Source of the DNA: Octopus sinensis
Lineage: Eukaryota
Direction: 5' to 3'
Length of the DNA: 64,000 nt
Assembly: GCF_006345805.1 (NCBI RefSeq)
Contig: NC_042997.1
Coordinates: forward strand, 187,178,001 to 187,242,000
Of this stretch, positions 50,418 to 63,124 are shown piece after piece. Each line of letters starts with the position of its first letter. Position 1 is the first letter of the stretch. The position numbers and the translations under genes are program-made. The notes beneath the pieces are model-generated. The model saw only the letters and a program-made list of their open reading frames with translations. It did not search any database and was not told where the DNA came from.

Positions 50418-51239
50418 CCTAAACCATGAACTCCTTTAAGTTTCCATCTACCAAATCCACTCAGAATGCTTTGGTTGGTGGAAGACACTTGCATAAGTAC
50501 CATGGAGTAGGTTACAATCTGAAACCATGTAGGTCTTAACCACACAGCTATAGCTTCATCCAGTCAATAGACTTCTATACAATTTTTCTAAGTGAATCTT
50601 TCTACATGGAATGACATACATCTACCTCTGTATGTATGTCTATATCTATATATCTCTATCTGTCTGTCTATTTTGTGCAGTTTTTTGGACAAGGCATATT
50701 CTTTCAACTTTAAGATTTTTCTACATGAATCAATATCATGCTTTTCTTGTCACTAATCTTGTTTACAAGCAAAGAATTTTTTCCCATAACCACTCTTATT
50801 TTTTCAGATAAGGGTCACTGCTCATATCAGAGGTTCTCTGATATCATTCATCTATGAATACCTGTGATTCTTATTTAACTCAAGCAGAACTTCACAGCTA
50901 TTCAGAATTTTAAAAATCCTATTATATTTGTATATTTTTAGGAATATTTTTAGGAATTGTATTTAAAAAATTGTTAAAATATTTGTGTGTTGTAAAATAT
51001 TTGGTGCATCGCTCATATTTTAACAAAAAATCTAATATGGACCTCCAAGGGCCATAAAACCCTTGTCGAGAATCACTGGCTTATCTGATGGTGACAGTGA
51101 CAGCTATCACATATCAAGACAAGGAGATATAAACATACACAGATACTATGCACATGCACATATATGTATACCAACACATTTTTTGAAGCTATGAAATAGT
51201 GTTTGAGTCATTTGCCTCATTTACTTATGAACTATTTGA

Positions 51240-52613
51240 CTATATTGAAAAGAGATTTATTATAGATTTATTATAGGAAAATCTTAATCAGCTGAATGAA
51301 TTTAAAATGCTCACAAAGAGTAAAAATGCTCACCAATAATACACTATGGAATACAGTAATAACAAACAACATTTCTTGAATGTACTAGTTACAAAAAGAA
51401 ATAAGGAATCAGAAACTGATGTCTGCTTTAAACCTGTATAACTTAGTGAAAGAAATTTATGCAATAGTCTTGAATCATTCAACAAGAGATTGCAGACTAA
51501 AGAAAATGAAAGAATTACTTAGAAGAAAACATTCTTTAAATGTAATCAATAATGTTACTTGCAGAATGAAACCAATTGACATTTAGGAAATTTAAAAAAA
51601 CAAAGAAACAAAGAAAGCAATGTAAAAAAATGTTATACCATATTTCTCAACTCTTAACCCAAAGATTGTCTGAGATTTTACAAATATTCATTAAAACCGA
51701 CCAATATCACTTTGAGACCAGAAAATAGAAAAAAAATCGTTCTAAACACATCCAGTCTTTAAAAAAAGGAAAAAATGTTAAGCAATATCATTAAAAAGAT
51801 AGTAACTAATGCAAAGTTACATGCAGAACTGGATGAAAAAGTCAGAAAAGCATTACAGACTAAGTTGGGAAATCTATTTGAGATAACAACATATTTTGAA
51901 AATCAAAAGTAACTTTATATGCTGTTCTGAAAATTTTATATATATTTTAAAAGACAAAAACTGCCAAGAAAAATATGTTGGGCAGACTGGTCTAACATAC
52001 TGTAGAAGGATGACATTATATCATCAGCAAATTAGGAAGCTATACACACACACATCCAAAAACATCTACTAAGTCAGCATATTGAAATTTGTCAGGTGCA
52101 ACCTTGCTAAATTTTACTGTTTCTATGTTCTCTCTTTATCAATTTGCAATTCAACAATGGAACAACAACGAATAAGCAAAAATGCGCAATTCACAAACAA
52201 ATTTCAGCTGAAATTAAATGCATTATGTTTTAATTGATGTAACTTAATTATATTCCATGAGTGGTTTAATTATATCCCTTGAAATAATTTTATTACATCC
52301 CTCGATACTAATGCATTTCATTCAGCACTACAGCTTCATTATTAATGTTATGGTGACAATCTGTAACTATTTTGTCATATTTTGTTTTATATCGTTTTTG
52401 AAATGCTGTAAAGAAAAAAAAAATGTTTGTTGAAATTAGATTAAAGACATTTAATGACCTTGAAAGTACTTAATTAAAGTTGAAACCTATCGGAAAAGAT
52501 TTATAACCCTCTCTTTGTTTTACACTGTATTTTGAAATTCTGCTAAAAACAAAACAAAAATACTAAGCTTTGAAATTTGATAAAAGCATTGGTGCATCTT
52601 TGGCTGTATTTTT

Positions 52614-52615
<2 letters not shown>
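51240..52615 (+). pseudogene. Decayed Penelope-like element (RT thumb plus GIY-YIG endonuclease)
   Basis: At 51346, MEYSNNKQHFLNVLVTKRNKESETDVCFKPV matches the PLE FTME..LPFLD...T..Y.KPT pattern. At 51974, YVGQTGLTYCRRMTLYHQQIRK matches the GIY-YIG YIGQT..R motif. Many stops. Confidence 0.75.
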
Positions 52616-52673
<58 letters not shown>

Positions 52674-53274
52674 CACACACATATGTATGTGTGTGTGTGA
52701 TAAGAAACCAATAAGTGTGACTTTTATTGTATTTTATATTGTTTTCCATGTTTTTATTTTCATGGTTTTATTTACTCTTCTCTCTCTCTCTCTTTGTGTC
52801 TCTTTGTCTCTGTCTGTCTGTCTGTCTGTCTGTCTCTTTGTCTGCCTGTCCCTTCCTCTCTCTCTCTCTATGTATGTATGTATGTATGTTGTATGTATGT
52901 ATGTATGTAATCTTGTTTGTTTTCAGCCTAAGCTTTCAATTTTTAGCTAGGCTCTGTTTTGTAAAGTCAAAGCTATTTGTGATAGGAAACCTTTTACTTA
53001 TCTGGTTAATTACCAACTGCAAAAACAACATTTCAAAATACCTGGCAGTTGGTACATTAAATTATAGTGTAAACCTGACATACTAATTAAGAGCAGGAAC
53101 CACGGGAGAAGTGTTTATCACAATGTTAAAAACCTGTTTATACTTGGTGAGGTTTATACATGCTTTTGACATGAAACTATTATTTTAATATTTATGGATG
53201 GAATCATTTGTGACTATTCATGTATTTTTATGCATGGATGCAGGCATGTGTGTGTTGTGCCTATGTGTATTATT

Positions 53275-53319
<45 letters not shown>

Positions 53320-53490
53320 CATATACACACTCATACATGTATGTACAATTATAGAACTGTGTGTGTGTATGTATTTATGTATAATTAGTAAATACTCTTG
53401 TGAACAAAATAAAACATGAAACTGTTAGTTGTATATTGTGAAGTTTCAGCTTCAAAATAAATTAATAAATAATATATATATATATATATA

Positions 53491-56400
53491 TCATCATCAT
53501 CATCATCATCATTTAGCGTCCGCTTTCCATGCTAGCATGGGTTGGACGGGTCAACTGGGGTCTGTGAAGCTGGAAGGCTTCGTCAGGCCCAGTCAGATCT
53601 GGCAGTGTTTCTACGGCTGGATGCGCTTCCTAACGCCAGCCACTCCGCGAGTGTAGTGGGTGTTTTTTACGTGCCACCTGCACAGGTGCCAGACAGAGCT
53701 GGCGAACGGCCACGAACGGATGGTGCTTTTACGTGTCACCGGCACGGGGGCCAGCCGAGGCTGGCAACGGACACGAACGGATGGTGCTTTTACGTGCCAC
53801 CGGCACGGGGCCCGGCAAGGCTGGCAACGAACACGAACGGATGGTGCTTTTACGTGCCACCGACACGGGGGCCAGGCAGAGCTGGCAAACGGCCACGAGT
53901 GAGTGGTGCTTTTACGTATCACCGGCACGGGTGCCAGACGAGGCTGACAGCGGACACGAACGGATGGGTCACTTAACCCCTGCTTTCTGATATATGATTT
54001 GATTTTGATTGTTCTCACTGGTCTTGCCGGGTCTTCTCACGCACAGCATACTTCCATAGGTCTCGGTCTCCGGTCATTTCCTTGGTGAGACCTAGAGTTC
54101 AAAGGTCGTGCTTCACCACCTCGACCCAGGTTTTCCTGGGTCTACCTCTTCCACAGGACCCCTCAACTGCCAGGGTGTGGCACTTTTTCACACACCTATC
54201 TTCATCCATTCTCACCACATGACCATACCAGCGCAATCGTCTCTCTTGCATACAACATCTGATGCCTCTTAGGTCCAACTTTTCTCTCAAGGTACTTACA
54301 CTCTGTCGACTATGAACACTGACATTACACATCCAACGGAGCATACTAGCTTCATTTCTCGCGAGCTTACGCATGTCCTCAGCAGTCACGGCCCATGTTT
54401 CACTGCCATGTAGCATGGCTGTTCGTACACATGCATCATACAGTCTGCCTTTTACTCTGAGCGAGAGGCCTTTAGTCACCAACAGAGGTAAGAGCTCCCT
54501 AAACTTTGCCCAGGCTATTCTTACTCTAGCCGTTACACTTTCAGCACACCCACCCCACTACTGACTTGGTCACCAAGATAACGGAAGCTATCAACTACTT
54601 CTAGTTTTTCCCCCTGGAAAGTGACGGAAGTTGTTTTCTGCAGATTTTCAGAGGTTAATGCTCCCGAGCATCTGCCACATACAAAAACCATCTTCCTAGT
54701 TAGCCTTCCTATGACATTGCTGCACCTCTTATGTGTCCATAGCTTACACTTGGTGCATCTTATAGAGTTTCTACCTACACCTTTTCTACAGATCGAGCAG
54801 GGCCATCTACCCGAAGGCGTTTGTGATTTGTCTACCTTCCTACTTATTAGGACTTTGGTTTTAGCTAGGTTGACTCTAAGGCCCTTCGATTCTAAACCAT
54901 GCTTCCACACCTGAAACTTCTTCTCCAGTTCTGATAATGACTCAGCAATTAGAGCAAGGTCATCAGCATAGAGGAGCTCCCAGGGGCATCCTGTCTTGAA
55001 TTCCTCCGTTATTGCCTGGAGGACTATGATAAATAGGAGGGGGCTGATAACTGAGCCTTGGTGGACCCCTACCTCTACCCGGAATTCTTCACTGTACTCA
55101 TTGCCAACCCTCACCTTACTAGCAGCGTCCCTGTACATGGCTTGCACAGCTCTCACTAACCATTCATCTATTCCTAGTTTCCTCATTGACCACCATATGA
55201 GGGATCGGGGGACCCTGTCGAAGGCTTTCTCCATGTCAACAAAAGCCAGGTACAGGGGCTTATCTTTGGCTAGGTATTTCTCCTGCAGCTGCCTTACCAG
55301 GAATATAGCATCAGTGGTACTTTTCCCTGGCATGAAACCAAACTGCATCTCATCTAAACTAACTCTCTCTCTAATTAGTTGGCTTATGACCCTCTCTGTA
55401 ACCTTCATCACCTGATCCAACAGCTTGATACCTCTGTAATTATTTGTATCTAGGGCATCACCTTTACCTTTGTAGCAGTTGACTATTATGCTGCTACACC
55501 AGTCATTGGGTATGACTCCTTTGTGTATCACCTGATTAACTATACAGGTGACTAGGCTATAGCCGACACTACCAAATATTTTGAGCATCTCTGCAGTGAT
55601 ACCTGATGGGCCTGGGGCTTTCCCTGTCTTCATGCTTCTAATTGCCTTAGCTACCAAGGAACTATCAACCCTGATAGCTGGTCCCTCTGTTGGGTCAACG
55701 TTCGGCAGACTCTCTTTATCCCATTCATTTTCTTTATTCAGCAACCTTTCACAGTGGCGTCTCCAAGCCTCTCTCTTTGCATCCTCGTTTAGCGCAAGTG
55801 AACCATCTTCCATGCGAACACACTTCTCTCCCACCACATCACAATTCTCTCTCACACACTGTCTTGCAACGCGAAACACATCCAGTCTTTGGTCCTCACG
55901 GCGCAGAACATTGGCAAATGTTTTCTTATCTGCTTCCCCTCTGGCTAGATAGACCTGTCTCCTAGCTTCCCTTTTAGCAGTCTGATACAATTCCCTGCTA
56001 CCACCATTCTTCCAGTGCTTCCAAGTCTGTCTCTTTTCTCTAATAGCCCTGTCTACGACACTGTTCCACCACCACGTTACCTTGGGACGAGAGGGGACTT
56101 TGCACCAGCCACAGATCTGGTCAGTGGCTCTCAGCAGGTTGTCCCTTAGAAACGTCCAGTTGTCCTCTACCCCATGTGATAATCTATCCCCTTCTACTTC
56201 GTCAAAGGCTTCAAGTAACATGTCTCTAAATCTCTGTCCATTCACAGGATCCTTAAGCTTCCAGATCCTTCTTCTCCATGTTGGTCGTCTTCTGGTTGTC
56301 CTCCTACTCCTGATCCTAAAGTCACTAACTACCAGTCTATGTTGTGGGGTACATTCTTCGCCTGGGAAGGTTTTGGCATTTATAAGTAGCCATCTCTCCC

Positions 56401-56593
56401 TTTGCCTGGCAAGGATGTAGTCAATTTGGCTGGTATGTTGGCCCAATCGGTAGGTGACTAGGTGGCTGGTAGGTTTCCTGAAGTAAGTGTTGCAAATCAT
56501 AAGATTATTTGCATCGCAGAACTCCAGCAGCCTGGTTCCCTCCTCGTTGCGGGAACCAGAGCCATAGCCTCCATGTACGCCATGGAAGCCCCC
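53491..56593 (-). mobile_element. Young 5'-truncated RTE-clade LINE inserted in a (TA)n tract
   Basis: APE C-terminal motifs (SQIDYIL, HRLVV), RT (YADD at ~54960), 3'UTR with ~60-bp repeats, (GAT)n tail, and TA tracts on both sides. Confidence 0.97.
54015..56593 (-). pseudogene. RTE ORF2 remnant (APE end, RT, PHD finger, C-terminus)
   Basis: Open from 56593 to ~54545, then a 1-bp frameshift, then open to a premature TGA at 54099-54101; the inferred original stop is at 54015-54017. Confidence 0.92.
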
Positions 56594-56596
56594 AAT

Positions 56597-56629
<33 letters not shown>

Positions 56630-56778
56630 ACAAGTGAAGTAACTAGTTAGGAAATCTCTATGAGAGATGAGAGTAGTAACTCTACTGAGAAGTAATGTTT
56701 ATCACCACATCAATATGGCTGTTCCATAGGAATCAACATCACAATTGTTTTTAACCCCAGGAGAGATGTAAGTATATG

Positions 56779-56812
<34 letters not shown>

Positions 56813-57699
56813 CATATACATACAATTTAAAAACAGGATAAAATCTTTATAAGAATTTATCAAGTAGTCAGCATGAAAAACCTCATAAGGGAAAAATTAT
56901 TAATTATTCCTTTAAATATATTTATTCATAAATGATTTGTTTGACTACCCTTCAAGATGGTACCCCAGCATGGCCACAGTCCAATCAATGAAACAAGTAA
57001 AGGTTAAAAGATATATATATATATATATATATGACTGGTAGACTTTGAAGTCTCCCTATAAGTTGTTCATTGTTTTTTCCACTCAGATAACCTAATTAAC
57101 AGTGGTAATGAGTGTTTTGAAACCATAATGGCAAAAGGAAGAATATTGAGAAAAGCGTTCAGTGAGCTATCACCTCTACTGGTAAAGCAGGGTTTGTCTC
57201 TGAGAATAAAGAGTAGGTTGTATGATGCAATAGAAACCATGCCAAATCAGACTGGAACCTGGTGCAGCTCTCCAGTTTACCAGTTCCAGTCAAACTGTCT
57301 AACCCATGCCAGCATGGAAAGTGGGCATTAAATGAAGCATTTAGTAACAGAGTGTTGTAAGTACCACCCAGACCATTTTCGAGGTTAGTATATCATCTTC
57401 TCTGTTTCGATGTCTAAAATCCAAAACACTTGGGAGGAAGAATTGGTGAAGCTTACAATAAGGTTGAAAATCCAGCTGAAAAATAAATTGTACCTCAGTG
57501 CTTTTGACACAACACTTGCTCACCCAAACTCAGACCAGAGAATTTAGTAACACACCGTCATAAGCACATACACTCAATCAATAACTTGGAGGGGTCCCTG
57601 TATCGTTTTTTGAGGAGTTATGGCTCATTTTCTAATATTCCTTGTTGTCATTGTAACGATAATGGGATATTATCTTACTATTTTGTCTTACTTACCTTT

Positions 57700-58032
57700 T
57701 TAAGATTCTTACCTTGGTATATTGTTGTTGTTATTTGTTCCTTCTCGAGCCATGCCTGGCTCATAAGGGCCGGTTTCCTGGTTTCCATGGCGTATAGGTT
57801 CCCCACCTGGATGGGATGCCGGTCTGTCGTAGGTGAGCTGCAAGATGCAGGAGGAAAGAGTGAGAGAAAGTTGAGGCGAAAGAGTCAGCAAAAGTTCACC
57901 ATTACCTTCTGCTGGAGCTGCGTGGAGCTTAGGTGTTTCGCTCATAAACACACATTGCTTGGTCTGAGATTTGAACCTGTGATCCCTCAACCGTGAGTTC
58001 GCTGCTCTAACCACTAGGCCATGTGTCTCCAG
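57700..58032 (-). mobile_element. SINE family C variant with (AAC)n tail
   Basis: Homologous to 62211-62511. Confidence 0.85.
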
Positions 58033-58785
58033 CACCTTGGTTTATTAAAACACATACAATACCTTTGCAGGGTCTCTGTATCATGGCTAAAATATGTGAT
58101 ACACTGTTTCATAGCACCAGTATATTCTATAAAATGAGAAAGACTCCAGAGAGCCAATCCCATCCTTTGAGAGATCAAATCAAATAGCTCAAGATGAACG
58201 AAGCAAAGGAACAGCAACAACTAGACCAAGACCTCAACAAAATATTAGAATGCATGCTAGCTGGAACAGATGAACAGAAAGTGAATGCTCTTGTAACTAT
58301 TGCATTTAAAGAAGGATGTAATGAGGTCCATGAATTGAAGCATGCCAAATATGAGAGCTTTCTGCTGGATTGCAGGGAGAAGGGATAGCAGGTATAGCTT
58401 TTCTCAATTAAGGTTGGCTGTAAAGGATTCCCAGCCCAATCAGCATTGAGAGTGCTTGCGGTTATGTAAATCTCGACTGATATAAGTTAAGCGAAGACGC
58501 AGCTCACTTACATATTCGTGGTCACTTGTATATCTATGCCTTGGAATACTGATGCTAATAAAGGCAATAGGTAATGTTTTTATTACTTTAAGCCCAAAAC
58601 ACGATCATGTACCTGGTTAAATTAATTTTCTTTCTTCTGCTAGCCTATTATGTGGTTTGTTTTTCTCAGAGAATTTATGGTGGTAATAGTGTCTTTTGAT
58701 GTCTATTTTTCAGTGTGTGGTGAGGTACAAGCCAAGCCCTTGTTATAAATAATTATAAAATATATATATAAATATACATACATAT

Positions 58786-58859
<74 letters not shown>

Positions 58860-59523
58860 CAAAAATGGGACAAGAACACAAAACATCCAGGCAGACGATA
58901 CAAAGAAAACAAGGACGGGTCATTCGGAGTTTTCTATCATCAGTTGAGTTCCAGATTATCTCTGCAATTTCGGCTGGTTATACTCGAGATTGCTCCAATC
59001 TGGCCAGCCCCAAGGAAAAACTAAGCTAAAAGCATTAGATTCCTTAGCAGCGAATGTATATGAAAACAAAGATGGAAAAAAACCGGAGAAATGTTATACA
59101 AATACAAATGCAATTAACAGGACATAACAACAGCTGTCTTTTGACTAAATTAAGCTGGCATGTGTGGAAGTAAAGCCTTATGGTAGGGACATAAGATTAG
59201 ACAGGCACAGGGAGGAATATAGATGTTGCAGGGATGGTAGTCGAACTAAGAAAGAAAGGTCAGGCTTGGCCGAACACTGGTCACATGGGAAGAGAAGAAA
59301 GAGAAGTAGAGGCAGAGGGATAGAAGAATCAAGGATGGGCAAGAAAAATGAAAGAGACACAGTGGAGTGAAAGAGGAGGGAAAGTGAACATGAAGAGAAG
59401 GTCAGGAAATGTGAGAGAGGAGGAACGAAAGAACGAAAGAACGAAGAGTGGAATGAACAAAGTAAGTGTGAAAAGGCTGATAGAAAGAAGAAAAGAATGA
59501 ATTGTTTATATATATATATATAA

Positions 59524-59568
<45 letters not shown>

Positions 59569-59615
59569 CATATGTATTTGTACATACATTCAAAAACATG
59601 AATATATATGTATGT

Positions 59616-61141
59616 ATCATCATCATCATCATCATCATCATCATTTAACGTCCGCTTTCCATGCTAGCATGGGTTGGACGGTTCAACTGGGGTCTGGGGA
59701 GCCCGAAAGCTGCACCAGTCCAGTCAGATCTGGCAGTGTTTCTACAGCTGGATGCCCTTCCTAACGCCAACCACTCCGAGAGTGTAGTGGGTGATTTTAT
59801 GTGCCACCGACACAGGTGCCAGACGAGGCTGGCAAACGGCCACGCTTGGATGGTGTTTTTATGTGCCACCGACACAGGTGCCAGACAAGGCTGGCAGACG
59901 GCCACGCTCGGATGGTGTTTTTATGTGCCACCGACACAGGTGCCAGATGAGGCTGGCAAACGGCCACGATCGGATGGTGTTTGTTACGTGCCCACAGCAC
60001 GGAGGCCAGTCGATGCGGTACTGGCTACGGCCACGTTCGGATGGTTTTCTTGTGTGCCACGTGCCACCGGCACTGGTACCACAAAGATACAAATTCCATT
60101 GATGTTCATCTATTTTGATTTGGTTTGATTTGATTTGATTTTCACTTGCCTCAACAGGTCTTCACAAGTGTCACAAGAAGGAAGGTATGCACAGGTGGAC
60201 TGACTACGTCCCAGGTAGGGGCCACAGGTTATGGCCTGACTAATCTTGCCGGGTCTTCGGATGGTGTTTTTATGTGCCACCGACACAGGTGCCAGATGAG
60301 GCTGGCGAACGGCCACGATCGGATGGTGTTTGTTACGTGCCCACAGCACGGAGGCCAGTCGGTGCGGTACTGGCTACGGCCACGTTCGGATGGTGTTCTT
60401 GTGTGCCATCGGCACTGGTACCACAAGATACAATTCCATTAATGTTCATCTATTTTGATTTGTTTTGATTTGATTTGATTTGATTTGTTTTGATTTCATT
60501 TTGATTTTCACTTGCCTCAACAGGCCTTCACAAGTATCACAAGGAGGAAGGTATGCACAGGTGGACTGACTACGTCCCAGGTAGGGGCCATGGGATATGG
60601 CCTGACTAGTCTTGCCGGGTCTTCGGATGGTGCTTTTATGTGCCACCGACACAGGTGCTAGATGAGGCTGGCGAACGGCCACGATCGGATGGTGTTTGTT
60701 ATGTGCCCACAGCACGATGGCCAGTCGATGCGGTACTGACTACGGCCACGTTCGGATGGATTTCTTGTGTGCCACAGGCACTGGTACCACAAAGATACAA
60801 ATTCCATTGATGTTCATCTATTTTGATTTGATTTGATTTTCACTTGCCTCAACAGGTCTTCACAAGTGTCACAAGAAGGAAGGAAGGTATGCACAGGTGG
60901 ACTGACTAGTCTTGCCGGGTCTTCGGAAGGTGTTTTTATGTGCCACCGACACAGGTGCCAGATGAGGCTGGCGAACGGCCATGATCGGATGGTGTTTGTT
61001 ACGTGCCCACAGCACGGAGGCCGGTCGATGCGGAACTGGCTACGGCCACGTTCGGATGGTTCTCTTGTGTGCCACCGGCACTGGTACCACAAAGATACAG
61101 ATTCCATTGATGTTCATCTATTTTGATTTGTTTTGATTTTG
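59616..61141 (-). mobile_element. Non-coding RTE 3'-end derivative with about four tandem 300-370-bp units
   Basis: Single (GAT)n tail at 59616. Marker GGATGGTGTTTGTTA recurs at about 59971, 60321, 60690 and 60988, and the ORF2 end motif GAAGACCCGGCAAGA recurs three times. Confidence 0.85.
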
Positions 61142-61167
61142 ATATATATATATATATATATATATAT

Positions 61168-61386
61168 GACCTCGTGAGTACCACTGGCAATTTTTTTTCC
61201 TCTGTCTTCCCTTCTCAGGATCTTTCCTTCTCCTATGTTTCTGATGAAGAGCTCTGCTCGAAACGTTAAACCCTCCTTCTTCCCTTCTTTCCTGAGCGTC
61301 TAATAATACTTTATTTGTTCCACGTCCTCGCGTTGTTGTGTTTTTTGTTTTTTTGTTTTTTTGTGTTTTCTTGTTTGGATTAACTT
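61168..61386 (+). mobile_element. ~220-bp TA-flanked element carrying a minimal hammerhead
   Basis: Homologous to 17211-17418 and 41657-41863; (TA)n on both sides. Confidence 0.8.
61237..61271 (+). ncRNA. Minimal type I hammerhead motif with intact core
   Basis: GTTT-CTGATGA-A-GAGC-TCT-GCTC-GAAA-CGTT^AAAC; 4-bp stem I and palindromic ACGT stem III. Confidence 0.7.
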
Positions 61387-61424
61387 TATATATATATATA
61401 TATATATATAGTATTATTGGATGG

Positions 61425-61570
<146 letters not shown>

Positions 61571-61892
61571 ATATATATATAATATATATATATAATATAT
61601 ATATATTTATAAGTTAATGTTAATGTTTAATACATGAGTGTGTTTCCTGTCATTTACATAAATATACTTATAATTAAGTTAATGAATTCAGTTCTTTATA
61701 TATACATATTTCCAGATTTCAGTGTGTTCCACTCCTTGTATGTCAAAATATTACTGACTTGAGTAACCCTTACCCACACTCACACACACCTGCATATAAA
61801 TACTCTCATACACTCCATCACACAAACACACATGCACACACGCTTGTGTGTATGTATGTAAAAGTATGTGAATATTTCTATATATATATTAT

Positions 61893-61924
<32 letters not shown>

Positions 61925-62175
61925 GTCAAGGTATGTGTATATATATTTGCATGTATGTGTGTATGTATATATATTTGCATATGTGCAAACATGTCTATGT
62001 ACATGTGTATATATTTGCATATGTGTGTGTATATACATGCACACATATATACATATACGCATATATATGTTCATATATTCACATGTCTGTACATGTCTGT
62101 ATATAATATGCTTATAAAACTGCACACCTGTGTATATATACCTACAAATTTGCATATATACTAATATTTAATATA

Positions 62176-63124
62176 CGAAGGGAAGTTAAAAATTATCTGC
62201 ATTTTCACCATTGTTTGTTCCTTCTCAAGCCATGCCTGGCTCATAGGGCCAATTTCCCGGTTTTCTTGGCTTATAGGTTCCCCACCTGGATGGGACACCA
62301 GTCTGTCGCAGGTGAGCTGCAAGATGCAGGTGGAAGGAGTGAGAGAAAGTTGTGGCGAAAGAGTCAGCAGAAGTTTGCCATTACCTTCTGCGAGAGCTGC
62401 GTGGAGCTTAGGTGTTTCACTCATAAACGCACACATCACCCGGTCTGAGATTTGAACCCACTGTCCCTCAACCATGAGTCCACTGCTCTAACCACTAGGC
62501 CATGTGCCTCCACACACTTTCACCATAACATATCCTTATTATTGTCACACTGCCTTATGTGCAACTGTGCTTATAGTTGGTACTATTGTGGCTAAGTGAT
62601 CGAAGTTTGAGCCTGATCTCACTATTTTTCTTTCTGGCTTTACAGTGTAAGCATGGCTGCTCCACTAGTAATGTGCCCCAAAGAAGAACAAAGAACAGTG
62701 ATCTGAGAAATGGTAATGATGAATCTTCTTGTCATTGTTGGAGGTTGATGGGCATCCTGCTCTCACTTTATGCTTCATGCTTGTCTGGCCACTTTTAAAC
62801 TTCTCAATCCACTCATACACACTTCTCTGCAGTAGTGCACTGTCCCTGTATTGTGCTGAAAGCTTTTGATGAATTTCAGCACCTGACACACCTTCCGACC
62901 AGAGAAATTGGATCACTAATCTTTCTTCCTCTTTGGTTCACAATGCTGGTGGAGCAGCCATGCTTACACTGTAAAGCCAGAAAGAAAAATGCATGATCAG
63001 GCTCAAATTTCCATCATGTGACGACAACAGTACCAATTATATAAACATGCATGTGTAGAAGGCAGTGTGGCAATAATAAAGATATGTTATGGCGAAAGTG
63101 TGGATAATTTTTGACTTCCTCTCA
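62176..63124 (-). mobile_element. Mariner-derived fold-back element with ~220-bp inverted arms
   Basis: TA TSDs, TIR CGA.GGGAAGT.AAAAATTATC at both ends, arms 62517-62700 and 62905-63098, and a central HTH fragment IQFLWSEGVSGAEIHQKL...VYEWIEKFKSG. Confidence 0.85.
62211..62511 (-). mobile_element. SINE family C inserted in the left TIR of the mariner derivative
   Basis: Approximate 12-bp TSD: CATTTTCACCAT (62200-62211) and CACTTTCACCAT (62515-62526). Confidence 0.88.

Noticed and set aside
53660-53975. CRISPR-like periodic repeats, also at 59780-61100
   Set aside because: The units are wholly homologous with no unique spacers, lie in a LINE 3'UTR, have no cas genes nearby, and the context is eukaryotic.
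58900-58960. Minus-strand CTGATGA...CCGAATGACC in a TA-flanked repeat
   Set aside because: It has GAAT instead of GAAA and no convincing stem II or stem I, so I did not call a ribozyme.
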